The notes under the pieces were generated by a model. The model worked only from the letters and a program-made list of their open reading frames with translations, was not told the origin of the DNA and ran no database searches. From Candidatus Woesebacteria bacterium (GTDB taxonomy: Bacteria; Patescibacteriota; Microgenomatia; UBA1400; UBA12028): a DNA stretch of 64,000 bases. The stretch covers positions 65,033-129,032 of the forward strand of contig JBDTWD010000004.1 in the NCBI GenBank assembly GCA_040006915.1. The letters are read 5' to 3'. A program made the translations under genes and the position numbers. Shown here one piece after another: positions 1 through 10,290 of the stretch (within the stretch, counting starts at the first letter, position 1; each line of letters begins with the position of its first letter).

Positions 1-712
1 GTTGTACCACCATCATATAAATCGCCTGTAAAAGTGAGATAACCAATCCGTGACTACCATCTTTATATCCCTGACGCGCAAAGAATCGACTGTAGAATTC
101 GTCAAAGAATGCCTGTAGAAAATGAGTTGACTGCAGTTCCTGTTTCTCCACCTCCATCGACGTGTAAACATTCAATCTCATTACATATTGTTCGATCGAA
201 TCGTAGTGATGATGAAGTAAAGCAAACTCTTTATGTGCCTCAACAGTTTCAGTCACACCATCAATGATTGGATCCGCGTGGACATAGGGTGGGAAGGTAC
301 ATTTTCCTGTCCTGAAAAAACGGACAATGTAATCTGGCCAAAAGCCGGTATGCTCGATCCACTTACCAAATATGATATTCGCGCGTGGTAATTTATAAGC
401 ATTCACTCCCTGTGTCATCATGAGTTGTCTTAATTTCTTGGCTAGAGTCTCCGGAACTTCTTCATCACTATCCACAATCAGAGTCCACTCGGTTTTGACT
501 TTTTCTAAATATTTGTTGCGCATGGGCTCCACAATCTTTATTTGTTTCTCATGAAAAATGGTCGCATCATACTTTTTTGCGATTGAGACTGTGTCATCAG
601 TACTCTCCATGTCTACCACAAAAACCTCATCACACCATCGCAGGGAATGCAGACATGTTTCGAGTGTTTTTCCTGAATTTTTCGTGTGAACGACGGCGGT
701 AATGGTAGACAT
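1..712 (-). CDS. GT2 glycosyltransferase, partial: N-terminus is in the window, C-terminus runs off the 5' edge
   Basis: The reverse-strand translation starting at ATG 710-712 reads MSTITAVVHTKNSGKTLETCLHSL...VVDMESTDDT, a GT2 N-terminal signature. It is absent from the ORF track because it runs off the edge. There is a 1-nt gap to the downstream gene. Confidence 0.65.
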   Translation of the reverse strand, partial: MSTITAVVHTKNSGKTLETCLHSLRWCDEVFVVDMESTDDTVSIAKKYDATIFHEKQIKIVEPMRNKYLEKVKTEWTLIVDSDEEVPETLAKKLRQLMMTQGVNAYKLPRANIIFGKWIEHTGFWPDYIVRFFRTGKCTFPPYVHADPIIDGVTETVEAHKEFALLHHHYDSIEQYVMRLNVYTSMEVEKQELQSTHFLQAFFDEFYSRFFARQGYKDGSHGLVISLLQAIYMMVVQ

Positions 713-713
713 A

Positions 714-2201
714 TTACTTTTTCTGAATAATTGAGACGATTTCTCGCTTCATCTTCTCAAACCCTGTTACGATCATCAAGCTAAGAAAAATAATACCTCC
801 TAAAACTACTCCCAAACCCAAATGAATAAATGACTGATTCCATACTGACACGAAATAATACAAAACGAATGCCATAACAACTGACGCCAATGTTTGTCGC
901 CAGATCTGGTCTATAAATTGAAAAGATACTTTTTGTTGCACCACATGTACGACGATAAAGACTGTGAGCGAAATTAAAGCACTTGAGAGTGCTACACCAT
1001 TAAATCCAAATTTCAGAATTAAAATCGGAGTTAATGTCCACTGGAGAATCGTCCACATAACCATAAGTTTCAGTGAAGTATTAATTTGACCAATCGCATT
1101 CAATGTATTGGTAAGAGGAGTTGAGATCGTGGAAATGGCAGTACTAATACAAAAAAGCGTTAAGGTGAGTAGTGCAGGTTGCCACTGACCGTATTTTGGA
1201 ACTAAATGAGTGAGAGGAATAAACATCACTGCAAATCCAGCCAACAGTGGGAAAGCTGCCAACGTAGTAAAAAACAGTGTCTTCTCGATAGCCCGCTTTA
1301 GGGCATGATTGTCATGTTGCAGCCGGGAGAATGTCGGGAAGGTTACAGCCATCACACTTTCAACGCTGAACTTATAAGGAAACCGTGAAGTTTGATTTGC
1401 CCATTGGATATATCCCAAGTCCCCTTTCGACAGAAAAAATGCAGTAATGATAGTAAACAGCTCATCTTTCAGTTTCGCTAACATATCATTAATTTGGAAT
1501 TTCGCCCCAACCTTCATCAAATTCCCAAAGGCCTCTTTTGAAAAGGCAAATCCCATGCTCCAGCGCTTGATACCAAGCATCACAATAACTCCGATAATGG
1601 CACGTAAAATAACTGCAATTGCCCAACTTCCAACCCCTGCTCCTCTCCAAGCAAAGAAAATAACAACCACGTTAAATACAATTGCTTCCACAATCACTGG
1701 AATGGCAAGTTTGCCAAATTCCAAATCACGTTCAAGAAGAATACTAGAAATAGTTTTAAAGGAAACAATTGGAAAAGACAGCGCAAAAGCACTTGCAAGC
1801 CATACTCCTCCCATTTCCAAACGACCAGAGTCATGCATGATTATGGCGGTACCGATAATCAAAAGACAGACTGTCCAACCGAGGATTTGTTGAATTGTGA
1901 ATACAGTGCGTAATTCTCGAATCGTCGGTGATTCTTTTTTTTGAATCAACGATGCACCCAGTCCAATATCAGAGATAATGGTAAAAAAGCTGCTGATGGC
2001 AATAACAATTCCGTACACTCCAAAATCTTCCTTTTTTAAGAAAGCTGCGAGCAAAAAATAGGAAATTAAACCAATAATTTGCAAAAATATCGAACGGAAA
2101 AGATAAGAAAAGGCACCGGTCAGAGAGCGTTTTTTTATCTCCTCATTGCTCAGTTGAGTTTCTTCGATATCGAGATCAGGTTGATAATTTGCGCTTACCA
2201 T
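714..2201 (-). CDS. Polysaccharide biosynthesis protein, Wzx/MOP-family oligosaccharide flippase
   Basis: 495 aa with about 12-14 predicted TM helices. The N-terminus (LTGAFSYLFRSIFLQIIGLISYFLLAAFL...GVYGIVIAISS) is typical of the Wzx/polysacc_synt family. Confidence 0.65.
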   Translation of the reverse strand: MVSANYQPDLDIEETQLSNEEIKKRSLTGAFSYLFRSIFLQIIGLISYFLLAAFLKKEDFGVYGIVIAISSFFTIISDIGLGASLIQKKESPTIRELRTVFTIQQILGWTVCLLIIGTAIIMHDSGRLEMGGVWLASAFALSFPIVSFKTISSILLERDLEFGKLAIPVIVEAIVFNVVVIFFAWRGAGVGSWAIAVILRAIIGVIVMLGIKRWSMGFAFSKEAFGNLMKVGAKFQINDMLAKLKDELFTIITAFFLSKGDLGYIQWANQTSRFPYKFSVESVMAVTFPTFSRLQHDNHALKRAIEKTLFFTTLAAFPLLAGFAVMFIPLTHLVPKYGQWQPALLTLTLFCISTAISTISTPLTNTLNAIGQINTSLKLMVMWTILQWTLTPILILKFGFNGVALSSALISLTVFIVVHVVQQKVSFQFIDQIWRQTLASVVMAFVLYYFVSVWNQSFIHLGLGVVLGGIIFLSLMIVTGFEKMKREIVSIIQKK

Positions 2202-3834
2202 AAGATAAAGTTAAGAAACCCCCTACCGATAGAAAACCGATGATACTTAAAGTGTTCCCAAGCATACGTATCGGGGTATCGACTAATTGTACAGTAATGT
2301 CACTCTCTCCAGAAGGAAGAAGTACAGAATAGATAGGGAATGTTGTTTTTTCAGCCAGAGCCATCGATTTTCCATTTACAAACAGTTTCCATCCAGGAAA
2401 TATAAAGGTGTTTATCTGCAGTTCGCATTCCGTTGTGCAATCAGCATGCGCGGAGAATAGAGTTGGGGTATCTTTGGTAATTTGAAGCTTCCCCTCCCCC
2501 TTTGTGAGGGTCATCCGCTCACTCACTGAATCAGGCAAAGCATCATCTTTGATTGCTTTGGGAAGATAGTCATTCAGCGTCTTACTCATCTCGGTACGAA
2601 TAAAAGTCGGATCGGTACTATAAAATTCATCTGTATTGTCGATATATTTCTCAGGCATGAAAAACTGTGTTTGCATTGCCACAAACGCCAGCAACACAAT
2701 CACAGCAGCGATCCACTCACCTTTTATTTTTCTCCACTTTTGCAAGAGTACTATACTGGCTCCCACTATGGCTGATAAAAAAACGTGCACAAAAGTGAGA
2801 AATCTCCAGGGAAACTGCATGTATTTTAAAAGCTGGACATGATCCCAAACAAATACTGATTTATTGGTAGCCATAAACAAGCTGCCCAGTAAGAAAAAGA
2901 CGAGAATACCAAACGTTCGAATCTTTTTCTTCGTAACGATCACTCCCAATAAACTGACTGCAGCAAGCACTATGGGTATATAGCCCAATGCATAACTCAT
3001 TCCATCCTCAAGGCCAGGTTGCGATCCCCCATATCCCCAGATTCCAAACACAAATTGACGTAGTGCCACAAAATGATTATGGAAATCAAAGTAGCCAGTA
3101 GTGATAGTACTTTCCACTCGGGTGAAATCTTTTTCAAAAAAGGCCGGCAATACATAAAAGGCTGACAATAAGAATGCCAACAGCAAGGCTAAGAGTACTG
3201 GAATCATCTTTTTATATCCCAATATTGCAAAGGCAAAAATGCATACAACTCCTACGGTGATCATTCCGATAAGATTGTGTGATAAAAGAATTGCAGCCAA
3301 AGAGAGTGAGGTCACGATAACTCCCTGTTTTTGATGGGTACGAAGTCTCAAAATGCCGTACAGAGCAAAAGGGATCAACACCATTGCGGTAGCCTCTCCA
3401 ATCGCTCCTCGTACATATAAATCCACGGCTCGATACGTGGAGAAAGAAAAAGCTGCAGCACTAATCAATCCTCCAGATTTTCCCCAAAGTTCTTTGGCAA
3501 AAAGATACATTCCGATAAAAGCCAGAACTGCGTTCAAGAAAATCAACAGTTTTATAGAGAAGATTGCATTCTGCGTAAGTGCGAATGGAATTTGGGCGAC
3601 GTAATATGGAAGCGGAGCGTAAAAGTTAAACAATGGCATTCCATACCCAAAACCAAAGTTTCGTGACCAACGAACCGGAAATTCTCCTGCTTGTAAACTT
3701 CGATTCATTTCCACAATTCTAGCGGCGTGCGTAAAATCATGTGGACGAAAAAATCCAGAATGAAATAGCGGGAGACTCGTAGCGAGTATGCATACCAAAC
3801 CTACAATAACGGGTAGGAATCTTTGAATTTTCAT
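2176..3834 (-). CDS. Polytopic membrane protein, putative GT-C-type (YfhO/DUF-like) glycosyltransferase
   Basis: 552 aa with many TM helices in the N-terminal two-thirds and a roughly 150-aa C-terminal extracytoplasmic domain. ATGA-coupled to the upstream GT-C gene. The family assignment is tentative. Confidence 0.4.
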   Translation of the reverse strand: MKIQRFLPVIVGLVCILATSLPLFHSGFFRPHDFTHAARIVEMNRSLQAGEFPVRWSRNFGFGYGMPLFNFYAPLPYYVAQIPFALTQNAIFSIKLLIFLNAVLAFIGMYLFAKELWGKSGGLISAAAFSFSTYRAVDLYVRGAIGEATAMVLIPFALYGILRLRTHQKQGVIVTSLSLAAILLSHNLIGMITVGVVCIFAFAILGYKKMIPVLLALLLAFLLSAFYVLPAFFEKDFTRVESTITTGYFDFHNHFVALRQFVFGIWGYGGSQPGLEDGMSYALGYIPIVLAAVSLLGVIVTKKKIRTFGILVFFLLGSLFMATNKSVFVWDHVQLLKYMQFPWRFLTFVHVFLSAIVGASIVLLQKWRKIKGEWIAAVIVLLAFVAMQTQFFMPEKYIDNTDEFYSTDPTFIRTEMSKTLNDYLPKAIKDDALPDSVSERMTLTKGEGKLQITKDTPTLFSAHADCTTECELQINTFIFPGWKLFVNGKSMALAEKTTFPIYSVLLPSGESDITVQLVDTPIRMLGNTLSIIGFLSVGGFLTLSYGKRKLST

Positions 3835-5366
3835 TTGACTTTGTACAGTAGTAGACTTGGAGCCCCATTTGGTCGTTTCACTTCCAAGATTTTTTCTAAA
3901 ATCGATGGATAGGCAACTTTAAAACGATGACTATTTACCACGTAATAGACTTCTTTGGTGGGTGATTGTTCCAGATACTCTGGCGGCAATACAGACGGTC
4001 CTACACCGATTCCTTTTATTTCCATACCGTCTAGTTGATTTGGTCCAAAGAAATACATCAGGAGCCCATCTGGAAGCGTTCCAAAGGCTCCTTCAGTCAT
4101 AACAATCATATGGGGATGATCAATATACCGAACGCGTAAATAATCTCTCACTTCGGCATTCCCAAACCCCGCAGACCACTCTTCTAAATATTGCATCCGA
4201 TCAATGGCAACAAACGGAATAGAAGCCACGTTCGTAACGGCTACTACGTTAAAAAACAAAGTCTGAATACAGAAAGCGATGACAAGAACAGCAGTAAGTA
4301 GTTTCCCGAAACGAGCTTTCGGAATTGAAACCAAACCGATCGCTGCAGCTATAGTTAGAAATGGAGCAATTGGCAAAAAATACCGAGGATAGAGCACTCT
4401 ACCAAGAGCGATAAGTGGTAAGGCAAAAAAGATACTACAGGCAAGAAGGAATAGAGTGCTGTTCCGAGTGCGTCGACGCAGCAATCCTAGAACCGATGAA
4501 AGTAATACAGCAATCGTTAAATATGTTCCCACCCAGTCAATTTCCCGAGGAAGACTTGAGAAAAGTACATATCGCCACTCACCCGAAAGTAATTCTTTAA
4601 TGGTAAATGTAAAATCACCACTCCGAGTAAAGAGCGCCCCAAAGAAAGGTGAGATTCGAAGCAGGAGAAAAATAACGCATCCTACAATTCCTCCCAGAGT
4701 AATCAAGATAATCGACTCCGTTAATTTCTGTCTTGACTTCCGCTTGGTATATTTGGGATTTTTAACAATCGCAAACACTGGAGTCAATGCAATTGCTGGG
4801 ATGGCAAAAAGTGCAGGAGTCTTTGTGATCAGGGCGCCACCAAAAAAAACTCCGAGTAACAATATCCAGGGGATCGTATCGTAGGCAATTCCTTTTTCTT
4901 TCTGACACTGAATAGCAATATGGATTGCACAGTACATCGACATAACCAGAAGAAGGGTTAATAACCCATCCATCAAAGCCATTCGATGATAAAACCACCA
5001 AAAGGGTGCAAATACTGTAATGAGTTGGCTGACTATCACCACCTTTTTGTTTCCAGTGATAATTTTGGCTAAAGCCCCCACTGCAAATACAGTCAAAAGT
5101 CCAATACATACTGAAGTAAACCTGGCAGCCCATAATGGGTCAGCAAAAGGGCGCAAAGTAAACGAAAGAAGCCACATAAACAGCGGAGGTTTTCCATCAG
5201 CCATTGAGAAGAACGCAAAACGACCCGCATCATCAATAATCAACTGGCTCCAGCGAATATAAATTGCTTCGTCAGCAAATACGGGTAACAGAATCAGTGC
5301 CGGCAGATGCGTCGCAAAATACAGGACGGTGAGCCAAATAATGCTTGGGATTTTCTTTATCGCCAT
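3831..5366 (-). CDS. GT-C glycosyltransferase, PMT_2/ArnT-like (GT39/GT83 family)
   Basis: 511 aa polytopic membrane protein. It carries the first-loop acidic motif FADEAIYIRW typical of PMT/ArnT-family transferases that use polyprenyl-phosphate sugars. Confidence 0.65.
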   Translation of the reverse strand: MAIKKIPSIIWLTVLYFATHLPALILLPVFADEAIYIRWSQLIIDDAGRFAFFSMADGKPPLFMWLLSFTLRPFADPLWAARFTSVCIGLLTVFAVGALAKIITGNKKVVIVSQLITVFAPFWWFYHRMALMDGLLTLLLVMSMYCAIHIAIQCQKEKGIAYDTIPWILLLGVFFGGALITKTPALFAIPAIALTPVFAIVKNPKYTKRKSRQKLTESIILITLGGIVGCVIFLLLRISPFFGALFTRSGDFTFTIKELLSGEWRYVLFSSLPREIDWVGTYLTIAVLLSSVLGLLRRRTRNSTLFLLACSIFFALPLIALGRVLYPRYFLPIAPFLTIAAAIGLVSIPKARFGKLLTAVLVIAFCIQTLFFNVVAVTNVASIPFVAIDRMQYLEEWSAGFGNAEVRDYLRVRYIDHPHMIVMTEGAFGTLPDGLLMYFFGPNQLDGMEIKGIGVGPSVLPPEYLEQSPTKEVYYVVNSHRFKVAYPSILEKILEVKRPNGAPSLLLYKVK

Positions 5367-6478
5367 ATTTTCTTTCTAGCTACGAGCCAGATGCCGGTCG
5401 CTATAGGGATGGCTGACCAAGTAATCAGCCGCATTTGAAATTGTATGGTATCTGTATATTCACCTAAAAGCAAAAATGGAACGTACCGTAAAAGACTTGT
5501 GAGAGTAAACGTAATCAACATTATTTTGACATATTTGACAGTAATAAAAGGTAAAAACGTCAGTGGCCAAATGAGATACCAGGGATTGAACTGTTGAGAT
5601 CGGTCCGTAAACAGCGGAAGAAACAGTAAAATTGTCGCTATCTCTGGCCAATATTTTTTTATCCATTCAAATTTTCCGACTGCGAGTCCAATCCACAATG
5701 GCAATAAAAGAGCCGTGGCAAACTTAACCTGAGTTGAAAGAATCAAGAGAATAAATGATACAAGTGTCTGCCATGAAAGTGTTTTTTTTGTTTTCAAGAT
5801 CAGCACAAAACTGGCTAGTGCCAACGCCATCATCCATACATCGTTATGCCCATTCATAAACGTCTCTATCAAAACGAGTGGATTGAGAATAAATAACACC
5901 AAATTCTTGGGGTGTAGTTGTCTCTGCATCCAGACAAGAATGGCAAATCCCAACAGCATAAACAGTTTGAATGAGACATAGGTCGTTAAAAATTTTCCGA
6001 ATCCGGCCAAATATGGGATGAGAGAAAAATACGTCCAAAAACGTCCGTACGGTGCTGGTGTATGGACATTATGCATAAAACGCACCCACTCATCTTGAGG
6101 AGCAATTTCCAAAGCACTTTTCACATGAGGATCTTGATGATAGACCGCCACGGCTTTCGCGTTAAACATATAGTTATATAAATCATGAGAAAGTGCGTTA
6201 TTTGAGAGAATCAGAAACAGCACTCCAATACAAGCAGAAATCATAATCGTCTTTGACCGCTTTTGTACTGTTGATAGATACAAGACAAGCGACAAGAAGA
6301 TCATGACGACATACCACCAGGCTGTAGTCGCTCTTGGAATTTGCCACATCATTTGTTGAAAATTCACCCACAGGTTATTTGAGGAATAGTAGAGGTTTGG
6401 GTCTGTTTGGGTAAAGCTCCATAACCAGAGACTACCGCCAACAAGTACTGATAGTACTGCTAAAAATCTAAGCTTCAT
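5357..6478 (-). CDS. Polytopic membrane protein, possible GT-C (DUF2029/GT87-like) mannosyltransferase
   Basis: 373 aa with about 10 TM helices, lying in the same operon as GT-C/GT2 genes. The assignment is weak. Confidence 0.35.
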   Translation of the reverse strand: MKLRFLAVLSVLVGGSLWLWSFTQTDPNLYYSSNNLWVNFQQMMWQIPRATTAWWYVVMIFLSLVLYLSTVQKRSKTIMISACIGVLFLILSNNALSHDLYNYMFNAKAVAVYHQDPHVKSALEIAPQDEWVRFMHNVHTPAPYGRFWTYFSLIPYLAGFGKFLTTYVSFKLFMLLGFAILVWMQRQLHPKNLVLFILNPLVLIETFMNGHNDVWMMALALASFVLILKTKKTLSWQTLVSFILLILSTQVKFATALLLPLWIGLAVGKFEWIKKYWPEIATILLFLPLFTDRSQQFNPWYLIWPLTFLPFITVKYVKIMLITFTLTSLLRYVPFLLLGEYTDTIQFQMRLITWSAIPIATGIWLVARKKIWR

Positions 6479-6521
6479 TACTCCATCATACTCGACCGAA
6501 GAAAATTTTGGAATTTGGGAT

Positions 6522-7268
6522 TCACCTGTACTTTCCTTGAAAATCAGCCAGGCGAATACGCATGATATCGCCTAACATGCGTAGTGAATCTTTTATCGGA
6601 TCAACTCGATTGGTTTTGGCATATGTCCAGTTAATTGGGACTTCAGCAATCTTGAATTTATATTTCTTGGCTAGGTACAGAAGCTCAACATCGAAGGCAC
6701 CGGTAAAGGCACCGGTCAGCTTCCCCTTTCCTGAATAGACCACCACTTTGTCTACTAGTTTTTCTGAGGCTCGCCTACTAAAGAGTTTGAACCCACATTG
6801 CGTATCGTGAATCCCATTGATGGCAATTAAGTTCACAAAGAAATTAAACCCTTTTCCCATCAAATGTCTGTGCAATGGTTCTCGCATGCGTTCACTTCCC
6901 TGAACCTCTCGTGAACCGATCACTATATCCATACCTCTTTGAGTAAATGGAAACAGTTTTTCAATTTCCGGGAGTGGTGTTGCTTGATCAAAATCGGAGA
7001 ACAAACGATAATCACCTTTTGCTTGACGCAAAGCTTCCAGAACCGTCGGGCCTTTCCCGCGATGTGGAAGCGCGATATATCGCACACCTTGGTGTTTTAC
7101 TGAGAATTCAGCTAGCTTTTCCGCTGTGCCATCGTCTGAGCCATCATCGGCTAAGATCAATTCCCAGTCCCAGGTCACACTGCGAAGATAGTCGTAGGCC
7201 TGATCCAAAACTCCACGTTTGATGTTCTTTAATTCGTTATAGGAGGGAAAAATAATTGAAACTAACAT
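6522..7268 (-). CDS. GT2 polyprenyl-phosphate sugar synthase (DPM1/GtrB-like)
   Basis: The N-terminus SIIFPSYNE..LADDGSDDGT and the DxD-containing core are typical of short soluble GT2 dolichyl/undecaprenyl-phosphate mannosyl/glucosyl transferases. Confidence 0.75.
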   Translation of the reverse strand: MLVSIIFPSYNELKNIKRGVLDQAYDYLRSVTWDWELILADDGSDDGTAEKLAEFSVKHQGVRYIALPHRGKGPTVLEALRQAKGDYRLFSDFDQATPLPEIEKLFPFTQRGMDIVIGSREVQGSERMREPLHRHLMGKGFNFFVNLIAINGIHDTQCGFKLFSRRASEKLVDKVVVYSGKGKLTGAFTGAFDVELLYLAKKYKFKIAEVPINWTYAKTNRVDPIKDSLRMLGDIMRIRLADFQGKYR

Positions 7269-7281
7269 AAATATATAATCT

Positions 7282-8772
7282 TTACGGGTGCCAATATTTG
7301 TTTTGGATTTTTATTAGAGTAAAAGCTCCAATGCGTTTTTCTTCAAGTACTTGTCCAAAAGTTTCTTTATCGGCAATCCAGTCTAATCTCCGTTTCCAAA
7401 AAGTACTATCATTATCGACCATGAGATAAATATATGGCTGCTGCTCTACCTTCACTTCAGGGAATACTTTTCGTTTTTGTCCTACCCACCATATCACATA
7501 TCGACCGGCCTCATCTTGATACGAAGGAGTATACACCCAGACACCGTAGGGTTTCCCATTTGCGTCATCAATTATCCAGTTCACCGATTCTACTTCTTTT
7601 TGCAAAGAGAAGCGCTCTGAATAGGGTATAAATACCCGACTCCATAGTGATAAATTCAGACAAACTGACACGGCCAACAAGAGACAGCCTATTATTTTTA
7701 TTCCTTTTGAACCCAAAGCAATGAAACTTCCAATCACGATATACAGCACAGCGTGCTGTGCAAGAATATAGTAGTCCCAGAAGTTTCCATGATTCCCCGT
7801 ATATATGGTCTCAAAAAACAGAGGAACAAAAAGCCAAATGAGGGCTATCCGTAAACCTCGATTCGTTTTTAGCTGTTTCCACGAACTCTTGGTACGAATC
7901 ACGATCCCGATACACACAAGCGAGAAAAGAAATATTGCTTTAGGGAAGATCGCTTTCGCAAAAAGCGTATAGAGCAGCGGAATGCGTCTTGGAAGTGACT
8001 GCAGTACAGAAACATCATGTGTCTCTCTAAACGATCGCAAGACATTGCGTGTAATGAGGAAATTCCACTTTAGTTCAAACAGTATCTGAGGGATACTAGC
8101 TAAGATAAATCCAAGAGTGAGTAACAATCCACGAGTAAGAAAATATCGAAATTTGTTTTTCTTTTCCGATACCCAAACGTCGGTTGCGAGGATGATTGCC
8201 GCCGTTGGAACGAACCATAATGCATTTGCGGCTTCGAGTTGAAAACACAAACCAAAGAGTACCCCTGTGAGTATAAAAATCCAGGTTTTTTTCCGTTCAA
8301 GTGCTATCCATAACGAGCCGAATGCACACAATGCAAAGAATGGAAGTGGGGTAGGATTCGAGAGCCAACGAGCATAGTTAATATTCACCGACGAAAAAGT
8401 AAAGAGAATGGCAGCTATTGCTCCTGCCAATGGCCCTGCAATTTTTCGTGCAAAAAAATAAATACCTGCAACCAAGGCCACATGAAAAAGAACAAGCAAA
8501 TATGCAGCAAAGAGTGGGTTTCCACCACTGATGAAATAAAAAGGAAAAATCAAATAGTAATAAAATGGGCCTAAAAACACTCCATCAAGTCCTGTTGTCG
8601 GTCCAATAAGCGTAAAATGTCCATGTAAAATTCGTTGTTCAACGAATGCGTCCCTCCCCTGATCATAGGCAAAAACCAAATCTCTTGGGAGTGCGTATGA
8701 ACGAAGGAACAGCGCCACCAAACACAACAAAACGATAAAGATCAGTTCCATTTTCCTTTGGCGAAGCTTCAT
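7282..8772 (-). CDS. GT-C glycosyltransferase, GT39/ArnT-like (paralog A)
   Basis: Contains the motif YDQGRDAF...LIGPTTGLDGVFLGPFYYY, shared with the adjacent paralog. Confidence 0.65.
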   Translation of the reverse strand: MKLRQRKMELIFIVLLCLVALFLRSYALPRDLVFAYDQGRDAFVEQRILHGHFTLIGPTTGLDGVFLGPFYYYLIFPFYFISGGNPLFAAYLLVLFHVALVAGIYFFARKIAGPLAGAIAAILFTFSSVNINYARWLSNPTPLPFFALCAFGSLWIALERKKTWIFILTGVLFGLCFQLEAANALWFVPTAAIILATDVWVSEKKNKFRYFLTRGLLLTLGFILASIPQILFELKWNFLITRNVLRSFRETHDVSVLQSLPRRIPLLYTLFAKAIFPKAIFLFSLVCIGIVIRTKSSWKQLKTNRGLRIALIWLFVPLFFETIYTGNHGNFWDYYILAQHAVLYIVIGSFIALGSKGIKIIGCLLLAVSVCLNLSLWSRVFIPYSERFSLQKEVESVNWIIDDANGKPYGVWVYTPSYQDEAGRYVIWWVGQKRKVFPEVKVEQQPYIYLMVDNDSTFWKRRLDWIADKETFGQVLEEKRIGAFTLIKIQNKYWHP

Positions 8773-8773
8773 A

Positions 8774-10285
8774 TCATCGATCTAAAATATACACATCTGG
8801 TCCATTTGGAACAGCGATATGGTTGACTAGAGTACGATTTGGCCAGAGTTTGATAACATATTGTGTTTCATCGATCGGCTCAGCTCGATGCTCTTCGTCA
8901 ATAATGATCAGGCGTTCAAAAGACGTCCAATCATCTGGGCTGGCAGCTTTCTTTCCTAAGGTTGTGAGAAAGTAGCGATAATTCATTGCTTGCAAATCTT
9001 TCGAAGGAGAATAAGATAACAAATTATAGGTTTTCCCTTGAGGAATATAGGGAGCGATCGCTTGAGCGGTGCGCTCGAACTGAAAAATGGTCCCAGACAT
9101 TTGCATGGTCCCTGGATAGTGACTAATGCTAGTGATTGTAAATCCTCCGATGGCCAAGACTACAAGTGGTACCAAAAAAATGGATCGTGAGAGATTGGCA
9201 AAAATGAGTCCTAATACTAAGAACACTATTGGAAACAAGAATCCTAAATAATGATCAAAGACCGAAGAAGAGTACAGAGACAGGAAAATAACACTCACGA
9301 CAAACACAAAAAGTAGGAGAGAGATCGCTTTTCTTCTTGCTTTGTTCTCAGGATGAACAAAAGCTTTGATCGCAAAGTAGAGAAACAGTCCCACGACTGC
9401 CAGCTTTTGCCCTAAAGTTTTTGCCACGATCCCAAAAAATTCTACAACTACCCGTGCAAGCATCGAAACAACTGACGCTCCAATTCCCGTGAAGTCAGAG
9501 AACGAACGGAAATGTTTCTCGCTTGAAATTGTCGGATGAAAGAACTGCAAAAACGCACGAGTATTTAGCCAGTCATGTCGGAGATCAAAAAGGAGGAGTG
9601 GAACAAGAGAGACTACAAAAATTCCAATTGCGATAATGGTAGCTTGGATAAATTCTCGGGTTACTTTGTGTTGCTGGACAGACTTTACTAACTCATACAT
9701 CCAAGTGAGACCAGCAAGGCCTATGAGAATGAGCGCAATATAATGAAGCTGGAACAAAACCGCTGCACACAGACCAATAAGCATCCAGTACGAATGCCTC
9801 CCCTGCAAAGTTTTCCAGAGCGCCCAGACCAAAAGTAAGCTGAAGAAAGGAACGATATTCGGATTCCAGCTAAACCGCACATTGGTAATAATCACGGGAC
9901 TAATGGCATACAGCCCCATAGCAATTAAAGCCGCTCTTTTTCCAATCATTTCTCTTCCCAGAATATAGAGAAGAGCCAGGGTGACTATTCCGATGAGAGC
10001 GACCGCATATGCTGGTCCCACTGGGCTTGGATAACTGAGAAGCAGCGGGAACACCATAAAATAGTAATAGAAGGGTCCCAGATACATGTTCCCCACACTA
10101 GTTACTGGTCCAATAAACGCAGGATCATGATCAAAAAGAATAGATCGAGCAATTAGGGCATCACGCCCTTGATCACCTAGAAATTGCATCGTTTCAGGTA
10201 AACGATAAAGACGAAGGAAAGATCCAACCAAGAGAATCAAGAAAAAAATGAGATTAGTTTTTTTGTGAATTCCAGTAAGCCGCAT
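8774..10285 (-). CDS. GT-C glycosyltransferase, GT39/ArnT-like (paralog B)
   Basis: Contains the motif FLGDQGRDAL...FIGPVTSVGNMYLGPFYYY. The ORF-track start at 10369 overlaps the upstream gene, so the start is placed at the internal Met (MRLTGIHKK). Confidence 0.65.
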   Translation of the reverse strand: MRLTGIHKKTNLIFFLILLVGSFLRLYRLPETMQFLGDQGRDALIARSILFDHDPAFIGPVTSVGNMYLGPFYYYFMVFPLLLSYPSPVGPAYAVALIGIVTLALLYILGREMIGKRAALIAMGLYAISPVIITNVRFSWNPNIVPFFSLLLVWALWKTLQGRHSYWMLIGLCAAVLFQLHYIALILIGLAGLTWMYELVKSVQQHKVTREFIQATIIAIGIFVVSLVPLLLFDLRHDWLNTRAFLQFFHPTISSEKHFRSFSDFTGIGASVVSMLARVVVEFFGIVAKTLGQKLAVVGLFLYFAIKAFVHPENKARRKAISLLLFVFVVSVIFLSLYSSSVFDHYLGFLFPIVFLVLGLIFANLSRSIFLVPLVVLAIGGFTITSISHYPGTMQMSGTIFQFERTAQAIAPYIPQGKTYNLLSYSPSKDLQAMNYRYFLTTLGKKAASPDDWTSFERLIIIDEEHRAEPIDETQYVIKLWPNRTLVNHIAVPNGPDVYILDR

Positions 10286-10290
10286 ACATA

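Noticed and set aside
1447-1893. Numerous 60-160-aa ORFs on the opposite strand of long genes (e.g. 1447-1893, 4456-4884, 13520-13975, 20994-21338, 33083-33460, 37517-37999, 43780-44220, 46372-46830, 61009-61392)
   Set aside because: They sit entirely within longer ORFs that have clear family motifs, they have low-complexity or odd composition, and no independent start or SD context.
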